NCBI GenBank assembly: GCA_937911935.1
Contig: CALDQH010000070.1
Span: 1 to 51,347, forward strand
DNA from: an uncultured Bacteroidales bacterium
GTDB lineage: Bacteria > Bacteroidota > Bacteroidia > Bacteroidales > Paludibacteraceae
DNA: 51,347 nucleotides
Direction of reading: 5' to 3'
The position numbers and the translations under genes were made by a program. This document shows, in pieces, positions 1 through 8,416 of this stretch. Under the pieces are notes generated by a model that saw only the letters and a list, made by a program, of their open reading frames with translations, made no database searches and was not told the origin of the DNA. Positions within the stretch are counted from its first letter, which is position 1; every line of letters starts with the position of its first letter.

Positions 1-1266
1 GCGGTAGTGAAGGGCTTCCTGATTGAGTCGAGTTCCCTGGCAATGTGGACAGGTAACGAGCCTGGAGAATTGTTCTGCCCAACGTTGAGCACTGGCAGAA
101 GCTTCTGTGTCGATTTGTTGCTGAATGTATTCTGAAATGCCGTTGTATGAACTGATGTAATTGCTAATGCCTTCGATGGTATTTTTGATAATAATACGTT
201 CGTTGGTGCCGTAAATGATCTTGTCAATGAGTTCTTCGGGCAATTCGGCTATGGGAGTTTTGAGCGTGCATTGGTAATTTTCGCACAAAGCTCCAATTTG
301 CGCAAAAATAGGTAGATGCTTGTATTTCCCCAAGGGAATAATGCCTCCTTCGTATATACTTAATTGATTATCGGGTATAATTTTTTCGATATCAATTTGG
401 TTTATAGTTCCCATTCCATGGCAATAAGGACAGCATCCTTTAGGAGAATTAAAAGAAAAATTATGGGGAGCAGGCTCGGAATAGGCAATGCCACTTTCAG
501 GGCACATGAGTTGCAAACTAAAATATCGGATGTCCTTTGGGTTATCTTTGGGGACAACAGCAACCATGCCATTGCCTTGTTGTAATGCTAACTGTAGCGA
601 TTTTTTGATGCGATTTTGACTGTTGTTGTTTACGACCAATTTGTCAATAACCACCTCGATGTCGTGTACCTTGTATCGCTCAAGACGCATGTCTTGTGTA
701 ATTTCTTTTAATATTCCATCGACACGAACATGCAAGAAACCCTTTTTACGAAGTTGTTCAAAAAGTTCGTGGTAGTGTCCTTTTCGACCTTTAACAACGG
801 GTGATAATAACAATATGGCGGTGTCCTGATATTGTTCGTTGAGTAATGAAATGATTTGCTCTTCGGTGTATTTTACCATTTTTTTGCCAGTTACGTACGA
901 AAAGGCTTCGCCTGCACGTGCGTAAAGCAAACGCAAGAAATCATAAATTTCGGTGATGGTACCTACGGTTGAACGGGGATTCTTATTGGTCGTTTTTTGT
1001 TCAATGGCAATAACGGGACTCAGACCATTTATCTCGTCCACATCTGGTTTATCGATGCCTCCTAAAAAATTGCGTGCATATGCCGAGAATGTTTCGATAT
1101 AACGTCTTTGACCTTCTGCATACAGTGTGTCGAAGGCCAAAGAAGATTTCCCGCTACCACTTAATCCTGTAATGACGGTTAGTTTTTGGTGTGGTATGCG
1201 AACATCAACATTCTTTAAGTTGTGTACGCGGGCACCTAAAATCTCTATGTACGTGTTATTTTTCAA
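1..1266 (-). CDS. uvrA: Excinuclease ABC subunit UvrA, N-terminal ~420 aa (gene continues beyond the left window edge)
   Basis: Absent from the ORF track because it is open at the edge. Hand translation of the minus strand gives one unbroken frame from 1266 to 1: (TTG)KNNTYIEILGARVHNLKNVDVRIPHQKLTVITGLSGSGKSSLAFDTLYAEGQRRYIETFSAYARNFLGG...SPVIAIEQKTT...CCPYC...CPHCQGTRLNQEAL (Walker A plus zinc-finger cysteines). There is no in-frame ATG after the upstream stop at 1318-1320. TTG at 1266 is the best start and overlaps the rnpA stop by 11 nt. Confidence 0.9.
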   Translation of the reverse strand, partial: MKNNTYIEILGARVHNLKNVDVRIPHQKLTVITGLSGSGKSSLAFDTLYAEGQRRYIETFSAYARNFLGGIDKPDVDEINGLSPVIAIEQKTTNKNPRSTVGTITEIYDFLRLLYARAGEAFSYVTGKKMVKYTEEQIISLLNEQYQDTAILLLSPVVKGRKGHYHELFEQLRKKGFLHVRVDGILKEITQDMRLERYKVHDIEVVIDKLVVNNNSQNRIKKSLQLALQQGNGMVAVVPKDNPKDIRYFSLQLMCPESGIAYSEPAPHNFSFNSPKGCCPYCHGMGTINQIDIEKIIPDNQLSIYEGGIIPLGKYKHLPIFAQIGALCENYQCTLKTPIAELPEELIDKIIYGTNERIIIKNTIEGISNYISSYNGISEYIQQQIDTEASASAQRWAEQFSRLVTCPHCQGTRLNQEALHYR

Positions 1267-1612
1267 TTGGAGTGCTGCGCTTATTAAGTATTTCTGTTGC
1301 TTTCTTGATGCAATGAACTAATGTGTCGTAGGTGGCTATTTGGTTGTCCATGTACACAAAGGCAATATCGATAGGCGATTCGGGTTTGTTGACTCGGTAT
1401 GCTTCGCGGATTCTTCTTTTTAGCAGATTCCTATCGGTGGCATGCTTGATTAATCTTTTAGGAATAGATATAAGCATTCTGGAATGCGCTATGGTTGGCT
1501 GTTGGGTATAGTGGACGCGCAAGGGATAAACGGTAAATCGCTTTGATTTGTCAAAAAGTTGGTTGACTGCGATTTTTCCGTGTAGTCTTTCTTGTTTGGG
1601 TAAGTGTTGCAT
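1256..1612 (-). CDS. rnpA: Ribonuclease P protein component
   Basis: 118-aa basic ORF with the RNase P protein RNR-type motif ATDRNLLKRRIREAYR and an ATG start. Confidence 0.85.
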   Translation of the reverse strand: MQHLPKQERLHGKIAVNQLFDKSKRFTVYPLRVHYTQQPTIAHSRMLISIPKRLIKHATDRNLLKRRIREAYRVNKPESPIDIAFVYMDNQIATYDTLVHCIKKATEILNKRSTPIEK

Positions 1613-1649
1613 ATAAAAAAATATCCCAAAAATACGAATTTTTGGGATA
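1613..1649 (-). terminator. Intrinsic-terminator-like hairpin (12-bp AT-rich stem, ACGA/TCGT loop) followed on the minus strand by T7, ending 2 nt before the rnpA ATG
   Basis: Plus strand 1622-1649 is tatcccaaaaat-acga-atttttgggata. The A-run at 1615-1621 becomes a U-run after the stem in the minus-strand transcript. It lies between the hemD-like stop (1672) and the rnpA start (1612). Confidence 0.5.
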
Positions 1650-1671
1650 GGAGGGAAAGGAATAAACTGTT

Positions 1672-2436
1672 TTATTTTTTGTTGACCTTATTTTCTTTAA
1701 AAAATGCCTCGATGGCTCCAGTCATTGAGGGTACTTGTGGAGTGCCTGCTGCAATATCCAAACGTAGGTTGGCGTTGGTAACTGCTTGTGCGGTTTTGCT
1801 TCCTAAGGCAGCAATGATGGTTTCTCCTTGCTCGTAATTGGGGAAATTTTTAAGCAAAGAGTTGATTCCTTCGGGCGAAAAGAATACCAACATATCGTAG
1901 TCGAATGCTTCGTCTTTGCTAAATTCTGCACTTACTGTCTTGTAGAAAATAGCTTTTGTGCAGTTGATGTTGTTTTCTTGCAAAGTAGTTATGAAACTAT
2001 CCTTGCATACGTCAGATACTGCATACAAGTACTTTTCGTCAGCGTGACGCTTGATTTGTGGAAGTAATTCTTCTACCTTGCTGGTTTCGGTAGCAGGGAA
2101 AAATACTTTGCGTTTGCGATACTTGATAAATTTTTGTAGGTATAGAGCAATCTTTTCTGAAACGCAAAAGTATTTCATGGTTTCCGGTATGGTAATGCGC
2201 ATTTCGTCGCATAGACGGAAAAAATGATCGATGGCTGTTTTTGCGGTAAAAATAACAGCAGTAAAGTCCAATACTTCTATACGTTGTGCTCTGAATTCTT
2301 GTAAACTTAATCCTTCAACCTTGATAAATGGCTTAAAATCAATCTGAACATTATACTTAGACGCGATATCAAAGTAAGGGGATTTTTCGCTCGTAGGTTT
2401 GGGTTGAGATACGAGCATCTTTTTAATTTTCAGCAT
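1672..2436 (-). CDS. Uroporphyrinogen-III synthase (HemD/HEM4) family protein
   Basis: 254 aa. The N-terminus KKMLVSQPKPTSEKSPYFDIASKYNVQIDFKPFIKVE and the TAVIFTAKTAIDHFFRLC segment match the Bacteroidota proteins annotated as HemD, as far as I recall them. This is a family-level call only. Confidence 0.6.
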   Translation of the reverse strand: MLKIKKMLVSQPKPTSEKSPYFDIASKYNVQIDFKPFIKVEGLSLQEFRAQRIEVLDFTAVIFTAKTAIDHFFRLCDEMRITIPETMKYFCVSEKIALYLQKFIKYRKRKVFFPATETSKVEELLPQIKRHADEKYLYAVSDVCKDSFITTLQENNINCTKAIFYKTVSAEFSKDEAFDYDMLVFFSPEGINSLLKNFPNYEQGETIIAALGSKTAQAVTNANLRLDIAAGTPQVPSMTGAIEAFFKENKVNKK

Positions 2437-2459
2437 GTTAACCTTTGTTTAAATGTAAA

Positions 2460-3119
2460 TTACATCGCCCATTTTATAAGGAATAATAGGGGGAGTATTT
2501 CGAGGGTGCAAAGGTACAAAATAAAATGGAAAATTAAATCGCCTCGGCAAAAGAAATGTCTAAATAAAATATAAAAGATAGAAACAGCGTATGCTAAAAG
2601 GATAGCCGCGATTAGAACATAGATGATGGTGGATGGTATGAGAGGAGCGTAAAGCAGTATGATAAAGGCGAAAAAGCACACGACCCCTACCATAATCGTT
2701 AGGCTAATGTATTTATAAATGAACGTTTGGATGCGATTGCCAAAAAAGAGCCTAAAGTAGGCTTGCATAAGGATAATCTTAAACAACATGTATGTGGTGA
2801 TTCCTGCAAATCCGATTCCTATGATAGACCAAGAGCATTGTTCTGCTTTTAGTGTGTATGCCCCCAAGAGACTAATTCCAAACAGACTGAGCAAGAGCAG
2901 AATGTATTGTTGAATTTGGTCTCCGATGGTGATTTTGCCAATAAAAAACAAATCGCCTGTAAAGACGCTTTGCAAGGAGGCAGAGAAAATAGAATTACGC
3001 TGTTTAAACAGCAGTAGTATGGAAATGCATACTAAAAAAGAGATGCTAACCAATGTATCGCTGTTTAAAAGCGTATCTGTTAAAGGGATTCCTACATGTC
3101 GTTGTAATTCGTCGCTCAT
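2460..3119 (-). CDS. Polytopic membrane protein, DUF4271-like
   Basis: About 219 aa with 5-6 hydrophobic helices. It sits directly upstream of the hemD-like gene, as DUF4271 genes do in Bacteroidota. I chose the ATG at 3119 (MSDELQRH...); the track's TTG at 3128 would overlap the argB stop. Confidence 0.6.
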   Translation of the reverse strand: MSDELQRHVGIPLTDTLLNSDTLVSISFLVCISILLLFKQRNSIFSASLQSVFTGDLFFIGKITIGDQIQQYILLLLSLFGISLLGAYTLKAEQCSWSIIGIGFAGITTYMLFKIILMQAYFRLFFGNRIQTFIYKYISLTIMVGVVCFFAFIILLYAPLIPSTIIYVLIAAILLAYAVSIFYILFRHFFCRGDLIFHFILYLCTLEILPLLFLIKWAM

Positions 3120-3120
3120 G

Positions 3121-3894
3121 TTAAGCAAGTATTACTGTGGTGCCGCTGTTGTTTCCGAGTTCGCTTGCTTGCGTAATGATGACTTTTTTTACTCCGTTTT
3201 GCAAGGCATTGAATGCATTTTCGAGTTTTGGAATCATGCCGCCTTGGATAATTCCCTCGTTTTTATATTGTTCGAATAGGGCGGGTGTGATGGTTGGTAT
3301 GACGCTATTATCGTCGGTTTCATCGAATAAAACTCCCTTTTTTTCGAAGCAATATACAAGTGTGGTGTCGTAATGTTTTGCGAGTGCCTTGGCTGTTTCG
3401 GCTGCGATGGTGTCTGCATTGGTGTTGAGAAGACCATGTTGCTTGGAATAGCTTAAGGGTGCCATAACAGGTGTAATGTTAAGTTGAATAAGGTTGGCGA
3501 GCATCTCGTCGTTTACCTGTTTAACATCGCCAACAAAACCGTAGTCAATTTCTTTGACGGGGCGTTTGTCGCTTTTGATAATGGCTAAATCGGCTCCTGT
3601 TAATCCGAGTGCATTGATACCTTTGGCTTGCAAGCCAGCTACGATGTTTTTATTTACGAGTCCACCATAAACCATGGTAACTACTTGTAGCATAGCTTGG
3701 TCTGTGATGCGTCTTCCCTCTACCATTTTGCTTTCGATACCTAACTGGGTGGCGAATCGGGTGGCAGAGCGACCGCCTCCATGTACTAATGCTTTTGCTC
3801 CCTGGATAGTAGAAAATTTGCAGAGTAGATCGTTTAGACTTTCTGTTTCTTCGACAATTTTGCCGCCTACTTTAATGACAGTTAATGGTTCCAT
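3121..3894 (-). CDS. argB: Acetylglutamate kinase family (amino-acid kinase)
   Basis: TVIKVGGKIVE and ALVHGGGRSATRF motifs. The start was trimmed to MEPLTVIKVGG (ATG at 3894), which overlaps the upstream SpoU gene by 23 nt. Confidence 0.85.
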   Translation of the reverse strand: MEPLTVIKVGGKIVEETESLNDLLCKFSTIQGAKALVHGGGRSATRFATQLGIESKMVEGRRITDQAMLQVVTMVYGGLVNKNIVAGLQAKGINALGLTGADLAIIKSDKRPVKEIDYGFVGDVKQVNDEMLANLIQLNITPVMAPLSYSKQHGLLNTNADTIAAETAKALAKHYDTTLVYCFEKKGVLFDETDDNSVIPTITPALFEQYKNEGIIQGGMIPKLENAFNALQNGVKKVIITQASELGNNSGTTVILA

Positions 3895-4417
3895 ATAATT
3901 GTTTAAATGCGTCCCACATGACCAATGAGGCAGCAACGCTTACATTGAGCGAATGTTTGGTGCCAAATTGGGGAATCTCGATACATCCTTGGCATGCGTC
4001 AACTACTTTTTGTTGCACGCCTTTTACCTCGTTGCCTAATACAATAGCGTATCGTTTATTTGGGTCGAGTTGAAGATCGGGCAATGATATGCTATTTTCG
4101 GTTTGTTCGACGGCATAAACGGTGTAATCTTGTTGCTTTAAGGAATGTATTGCGTCGAGTGTATCTTCAAAAAACGTCCATTCCACCGAGTCTTCTGCTC
4201 CTAAGGCGGTTTTATGAATCTCGGCGTGTGGAGGAGTGGCTGTTATGCCACATAAGCAAATGTGTGCCACTCGAAAAGCGTCGGCAGTGCGAAACACAGA
4301 CCCTACATTGTGAAGGCTGCGTACATTGTCTAATACCACAATCAAAGGAATCTTTTGACTTTGCTTGAACGTATCGATGTCGATTCGTTGTAATTCTGTT
4401 ACAGATAGTTTTCGCAT
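3872..4417 (-). CDS. SpoU/TrmH-family RNA 2'-O-methyltransferase
   Basis: 181 aa with SPOUT motifs AIVLGNEVKGV and IEIPQFGTKHSLNVSVAASLVMWD. Confidence 0.85.
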   Translation of the reverse strand: MRKLSVTELQRIDIDTFKQSQKIPLIVVLDNVRSLHNVGSVFRTADAFRVAHICLCGITATPPHAEIHKTALGAEDSVEWTFFEDTLDAIHSLKQQDYTVYAVEQTENSISLPDLQLDPNKRYAIVLGNEVKGVQQKVVDACQGCIEIPQFGTKHSLNVSVAASLVMWDAFKQLYGTINCH

Positions 4418-4434
4418 GGCGTATTATTGTGTTG

Positions 4435-4442
4435 CAAAAATA
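4435..4442 (-). promoter_or_regulatory. Candidate Bacteroidota -7 box (TATTTTTG) for the SpoU-argB operon
   Basis: The minus strand reads TATTTTTG, matching TAnnTTTG, 17 nt upstream of the ATG at 4417. Confidence 0.4.
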
Positions 4443-4504
4443 GTGTTTTTTTCTGATTTTTGGTTATCTCGGTGTGAGGCGTTGCGTAGGTATGTAAAAT
4501 TTAT

Positions 4505-4512
4505 TACTTTTG
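4505..4512 (+). promoter_or_regulatory. Candidate -7 box (TACTTTTG) for the M20 deacylase gene
   Basis: TACTTTTG matches TAnnTTTG, 20 nt upstream of the ATG at 4533. I found no well-spaced TTTG -33 element. Confidence 0.4.
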
Positions 4513-4532
4513 TCCATAATATATACCCATTT

Positions 4533-5591
4533 ATGATGACCACCTGCGAATCCATACATCTTTTAAAGCAAATGCTTTCGATACCTTCTTTGAGTCGTAA
4601 CGAGGAATCGAAGGCTTCGTTTTTGCAAGCATATTTGCAACAAATGGGTTGTGAGAAAGTAAATCGTGTAGGTAATAATGTTTACACGTATGCTTACGAA
4701 TATGATGCAAAGAAACCTACTATCTTGCTTAATTCTCACATAGATACGGTAAAACCCAACGAGAATTGGACTTATGCTCCTTTTCAAGCAACTCAGGTTG
4801 GAGACAGTATCTATGGTTTGGGGGCAAATGATGCGCATGCTTCTGTGGTATCGCTTATTGCAGCCTTTGATTATTTACGTAGCACAAGACAGACTTACAA
4901 TTTGATTCTGGGAATCTCGTGCGAAGAAGAGGTGTCTGGCAAGAACGGTGTTGAATGTATGTTGCAATCGTTGCCCGCTATCGATTTGGCTATAGTGGGC
5001 GAACCTACAGGTTTAGAGATGGCTGTAGCGGAAAGAGGTTTAATGGTAGTAGATTGTGTGGCTCACGGCAAGGCGGGTCATGCGGCTCGAAACGAAGGAA
5101 TCAATGCTATTTATCGAGCGGTCACTGATATAGATTGGTGTAGGAATTATGAATTTCCTAAGGTCTCACAAGAGTTAGGCCCCGTGAAAATGACAGTTAC
5201 TATCATAGAAGCGGGTAGCTTGCACAATGTGGTGCCTGATACCTGCAAATTTACCATAGATGTGAGATTAACAGAATGCTACACACATCAAGAAGTATTG
5301 GATATTATGCAAGAAAATATGCAGTCTGAGCTAAAGCCTCGATCCATGCGTTTGTGTGCGTCTGGTATAGATAAAGGACATCCTATTGTTGCTCGACATT
5401 TATCGATGAAACGGGGTGTTTTTGGCTCGGCGACCATGTCGGATCAGGCGTTAATGCCATTTCCTTCTGTAAAGGTTGGACCTGGAGATTCGGCGCGTTC
5501 GCACACCGCAGATGAGTACATAACTACCCAAGAAATTGAGCAAGCAATAACCTATTATATCCGTTTGTTAGATGGATTAACATTAAAATAA
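4533..5591 (+). CDS. M20-family deacylase (ArgE/DapE-like; probably the arginine-pathway deacylase)
   Basis: LLNSHIDTVKP, GLGANDAHASVVS and SCEEEVSG metal-ligand motifs. The start was trimmed to MMTTCESIHLLKQMLSIPSLSRNEE (ATG at 4533); the 56 upstream codons overlap the divergent promoter region. Confidence 0.8.
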   Translation: MMTTCESIHLLKQMLSIPSLSRNEESKASFLQAYLQQMGCEKVNRVGNNVYTYAYEYDAKKPTILLNSHIDTVKPNENWTYAPFQATQVGDSIYGLGANDAHASVVSLIAAFDYLRSTRQTYNLILGISCEEEVSGKNGVECMLQSLPAIDLAIVGEPTGLEMAVAERGLMVVDCVAHGKAGHAARNEGINAIYRAVTDIDWCRNYEFPKVSQELGPVKMTVTIIEAGSLHNVVPDTCKFTIDVRLTECYTHQEVLDIMQENMQSELKPRSMRLCASGIDKGHPIVARHLSMKRGVFGSATMSDQALMPFPSVKVGPGDSARSHTADEYITTQEIEQAITYYIRLLDGLTLK

Positions 5592-5603
5592 AACAATCCA
5601 GTT

Positions 5604-6236
5604 GTGAAAGTTCTTGATTTTTTTAAAAAGCACCCGATTTTGATTCACTTTATAGCCATGTTTCTGCTGGTTATAGGTATTTTAGTGGGTTTATTCTTTT
5701 GGTTAGATGATTATACACGGCATGGTCAAACCAATGTGGTTCCAGATGTACGTGGCATGATGCAACAGGAAGCAAGTGCTACATTAGAAAGTGTTTCGAT
5801 GCAGTCTGCGGTGATAGACTCGGTTTTTCGCCCAACAGCAGAACCTGGAATTGTGTTAGAACAAAACCCTAGCGCAGGCTCTTTGGTTAAGGAAGGACGT
5901 CGTATTTATTTGATTGTCAACGCGAAGATGGCCCAAATGATACCATTCCCCGATGTGGTAGATATGTCGTTGAGGCAAGCTAAAGTGCAGATAGAGGGCG
6001 CTGAATTCTTGATTAAGGAGGTAAAATATGAGCCGTCGGAGTTCAAAGATTTAGTGTTGTATGTGGAATACAATGGTGATTCGATTCAGGCTGCTCAAAA
6101 AATTCCTTTCCGCTCGGAAGTGATTGTGCATGTGGGGCAGGGTGATTTGATCTTGCAGCCTGACTCTGTAGCAACAGATTCTATTGCTGTCGAAGAGGTT
6201 GATGATTCGTTGTTTGGTGAAGAATCTTTCTTTTGA
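5604..6236 (+). CDS. Membrane-anchored stand-alone PASTA-domain protein
   Basis: 210 aa with a GTG start and an N-terminal TM helix (ILIHFIAMFLLVIGILVGLFFWL). Two PASTA-like repeats follow (VVPDVRGMMQQEASATLES...; IPFPDVVDMSLRQAKVQIEGA...). No kinase or PBP domain is present. Confidence 0.65.
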   Translation: MKVLDFFKKHPILIHFIAMFLLVIGILVGLFFWLDDYTRHGQTNVVPDVRGMMQQEASATLESVSMQSAVIDSVFRPTAEPGIVLEQNPSAGSLVKEGRRIYLIVNAKMAQMIPFPDVVDMSLRQAKVQIEGAEFLIKEVKYEPSEFKDLVLYVEYNGDSIQAAQKIPFRSEVIVHVGQGDLILQPDSVATDSIAVEEVDDSLFGEESFF

Positions 6237-6238
6237 TT

Positions 6239-7276
6239 ATGATCAACGAAGCATTTGAAGAAGATAAATTGGACGAAGAAAGCTCGGAATTAGAGCGCTT
6301 TGAGCATTTTAGGTTTGTTGCAGATCCAGGGCAAACCTTGATGCGTATTGATAAATTTCTGGCAGATAGAATACAACATGCTTCGCGAACCAAGATTCAA
6401 GCAGCCTTAGAGGCTGGTAATGTTTTGGTTAATGACAAAGCGACTAAATCGAACTACAGGATAAAGCCAGGTGATGTGGTTACCATTGTGCTGGATTATC
6501 CTCCACGTGATACGGAAATAATCCCTCAAAACATTCCACTTGATATTGTTTATGAGGATGATGATTTGTTGGTTATAAACAAAGCACCAGGTATGGTCGT
6601 ACATCCTGGGCATGGAAATTTTGAAGGAACTTTGCTTAATGCATTGGCGTATCACTTTGCTGGCAATGAAACCTTTAACGCTTCGGATCCACGGTTGGGG
6701 TTGGTGCACCGCATCGATAAAGACACCTCTGGCTTGTTGGTTGTGGCAAAAAACGACTATGCCAAAATGTTCTTGGCAAAGCAATTCTTTTACAAAACAA
6801 CGGAGCGATTGTATCAGGCTGTGGTATGGGGAGTACCTGCACAAAAAAAAGGCACAGTTGATACTTATATTGGTCGTAATCCCAAAGATAGATTACAAAT
6901 GGCGGTTTATCCTCCCGATAAAGAAGGGGGGAAGCATGCCGTTACCCATTATACGGTTTTGGAACACTTTAATTGCGTTAGTGTTGTGGAGTGTAAACTG
7001 GAGACAGGTCGCACGCACCAAATTAGGGTACATATGAAACATTTGGGTCACCCTTTGTTTAATGACGAACGATATGGTGGGAACCAAATATTAAAAGGGA
7101 CTACACAAGCCAAATATACGCAGTTTGTCAAAAATTGTTTTGAGGTATGTCCTCGTCAGGCGTTGCATGCAAAAACCTTGGGTTTTGAGCATCCGAGAAC
7201 CCACGAACGTATGTTTTTTAACTCGGAGTTGCCCAAAGATATGGCATCGTTGATAGAGAAATGGCGCAGTTTATAG
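6239..7276 (+). CDS. rluD: RluA-family 23S rRNA pseudouridine synthase (RluD-like)
   Basis: S4 domain (RIDKFLADRIQHASRTKIQ), catalytic LGLVHRIDKDTSGLLVVAK and GRTHQIRVH. The ATG at 6239 was chosen over the track's TTG at 6233. Confidence 0.85.
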   Translation: MINEAFEEDKLDEESSELERFEHFRFVADPGQTLMRIDKFLADRIQHASRTKIQAALEAGNVLVNDKATKSNYRIKPGDVVTIVLDYPPRDTEIIPQNIPLDIVYEDDDLLVINKAPGMVVHPGHGNFEGTLLNALAYHFAGNETFNASDPRLGLVHRIDKDTSGLLVVAKNDYAKMFLAKQFFYKTTERLYQAVVWGVPAQKKGTVDTYIGRNPKDRLQMAVYPPDKEGGKHAVTHYTVLEHFNCVSVVECKLETGRTHQIRVHMKHLGHPLFNDERYGGNQILKGTTQAKYTQFVKNCFEVCPRQALHAKTLGFEHPRTHERMFFNSELPKDMASLIEKWRSL

Positions 7277-7303
7277 CAATTTTAGACTCTGAAAAATTAG
7301 TTG

Positions 7304-7311
7304 TATCTTTG
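7304..7311 (+). promoter_or_regulatory. Candidate -7 box (TATCTTTG) for the pyrE-to-glycosyltransferase gene string
   Basis: Matches TAnnTTTG, 37 nt upstream of the pyrE ATG at 7348. Confidence 0.4.
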
Positions 7312-7347
7312 CATTACATTAGTTAGAATTTAATTAGCATATTGAAA

Positions 7348-7983
7348 ATGAATACCGTAGAAAAATTAGTAGCTTCTCAATTGTTGGAAGTTGAAGCCGT
7401 TAAATTACGTCCCAATGAACCTTTTACTTGGGCAAGTGGTTGGAAATCGCCTATCTACTGCGATAACCGTAAAACTTTGTCTTACCCAAAAGTTCGTAGC
7501 ACTATTAAATTGGAATTGGCTCGCCTTATTCTCGAAAAATATCCTGATGTTGAGGTAATTGCAGGTGTGGCTACTGGTGCTATTGCGCAAGGTGCGTTAG
7601 TTGCCGATGCATTGGGCTTACCTTTTGTGTATGTTCGCTCGAGTGCCAAAGATCATGGTATGAAAAACTTGGTAGAGGGCTACTTGGAAGAGGGTAAAAA
7701 AGTAGTAGTGGTAGAAGATTTGATTTCTACTGGAGGTAGTAGCTTAAAAGCGGTTGCTGCACTTCGCGAAGAAAAGAAAGCCAACGTATTGGGTATGGTA
7801 GCCATCTTTACTTATCAATTCCCAGTGGCTCAAGCACAGTTTGCTGATGCAAAAGTAGAATTAACCACGCTTTCTAATTACAATGCATTGGTAGAAGCTG
7901 CTGCCGAAATCAATTACATTGATGATTCTGTCGTTCCTACCTTGCAAGAATGGCGTAAGGATCCTGCTAATTGGCAAAAATAA
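7348..7983 (+). CDS. pyrE: Orotate phosphoribosyltransferase
   Basis: PRPP-binding motif KKVVVVEDLISTGGSS. The start was trimmed to the ATG at 7348 (MNTVEKL...). Confidence 0.9.
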   Translation: MNTVEKLVASQLLEVEAVKLRPNEPFTWASGWKSPIYCDNRKTLSYPKVRSTIKLELARLILEKYPDVEVIAGVATGAIAQGALVADALGLPFVYVRSSAKDHGMKNLVEGYLEEGKKVVVVEDLISTGGSSLKAVAALREEKKANVLGMVAIFTYQFPVAQAQFADAKVELTTLSNYNALVEAAAEINYIDDSVVPTLQEWRKDPANWQK

Positions 7984-7990
7984 TCGAAGG

Positions 7991-8410
7991 ATGGAAACGT
8001 ACGAGAGCAACGTTGTACATATACAAGCAGCGGCACAAAGCGTGTTCGATAAATTATCGAACTTAGAGAACTTGAAGCCCTTGTTGGATAATTTACCGCC
8101 CCAAGCAACCGAAAAGGTAAAGGACATTGCTGTAACAGCAGATACGTGTCGTTTTACCGTAGAGAATTTTGGCCAAATGGGCTTTAAAATTATCGAAAGA
8201 GAACCGAACAAAACCATCAAATTTTCGGGTGACGACACACCCGTTGAAGTCTTTTTGTGGATTCAATTGGTAGAAAAAGAAGCATACGATACCAAAATGA
8301 AAATTACGCTAAAGGCTGATATTCCTTTTATGCTCAAAATGATGGTAGGAGATAAATTAAAAGATGGTGTGAATCAAATAGCCACCTTGTTGTCTAAAAT
8401 TCCATATTAA
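7991..8410 (+). CDS. SRPBCC (START/polyketide-cyclase-like) family protein, function unknown
   Basis: 139 aa starting METYESNVVHIQAAAQSVFDKLSNLENL. The call rests on size and sequence character typical of SRPBCC proteins. The track start at 7919 overlaps the pyrE 3' end and was trimmed. Confidence 0.5.
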   Translation: METYESNVVHIQAAAQSVFDKLSNLENLKPLLDNLPPQATEKVKDIAVTADTCRFTVENFGQMGFKIIEREPNKTIKFSGDDTPVEVFLWIQLVEKEAYDTKMKITLKADIPFMLKMMVGDKLKDGVNQIATLLSKIPY

Positions 8411-8416
8411 AAAGTT

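Noticed and set aside
4365-4532. N-terminal extensions offered by the ORF track. Examples are the M20 deacylase from 4365, argB from 3936, holB from 36602, yifB from 28066, ilvE from 24571, aroQ from 23513, mrp from 33098 and the MurU-like gene from 18244
   Set aside because: The extensions start at alternative codons or run through promoter regions or neighbouring genes. They add non-conserved hydrophobic or odd sequence before canonical family N-termini, so I used the internal ATGs.
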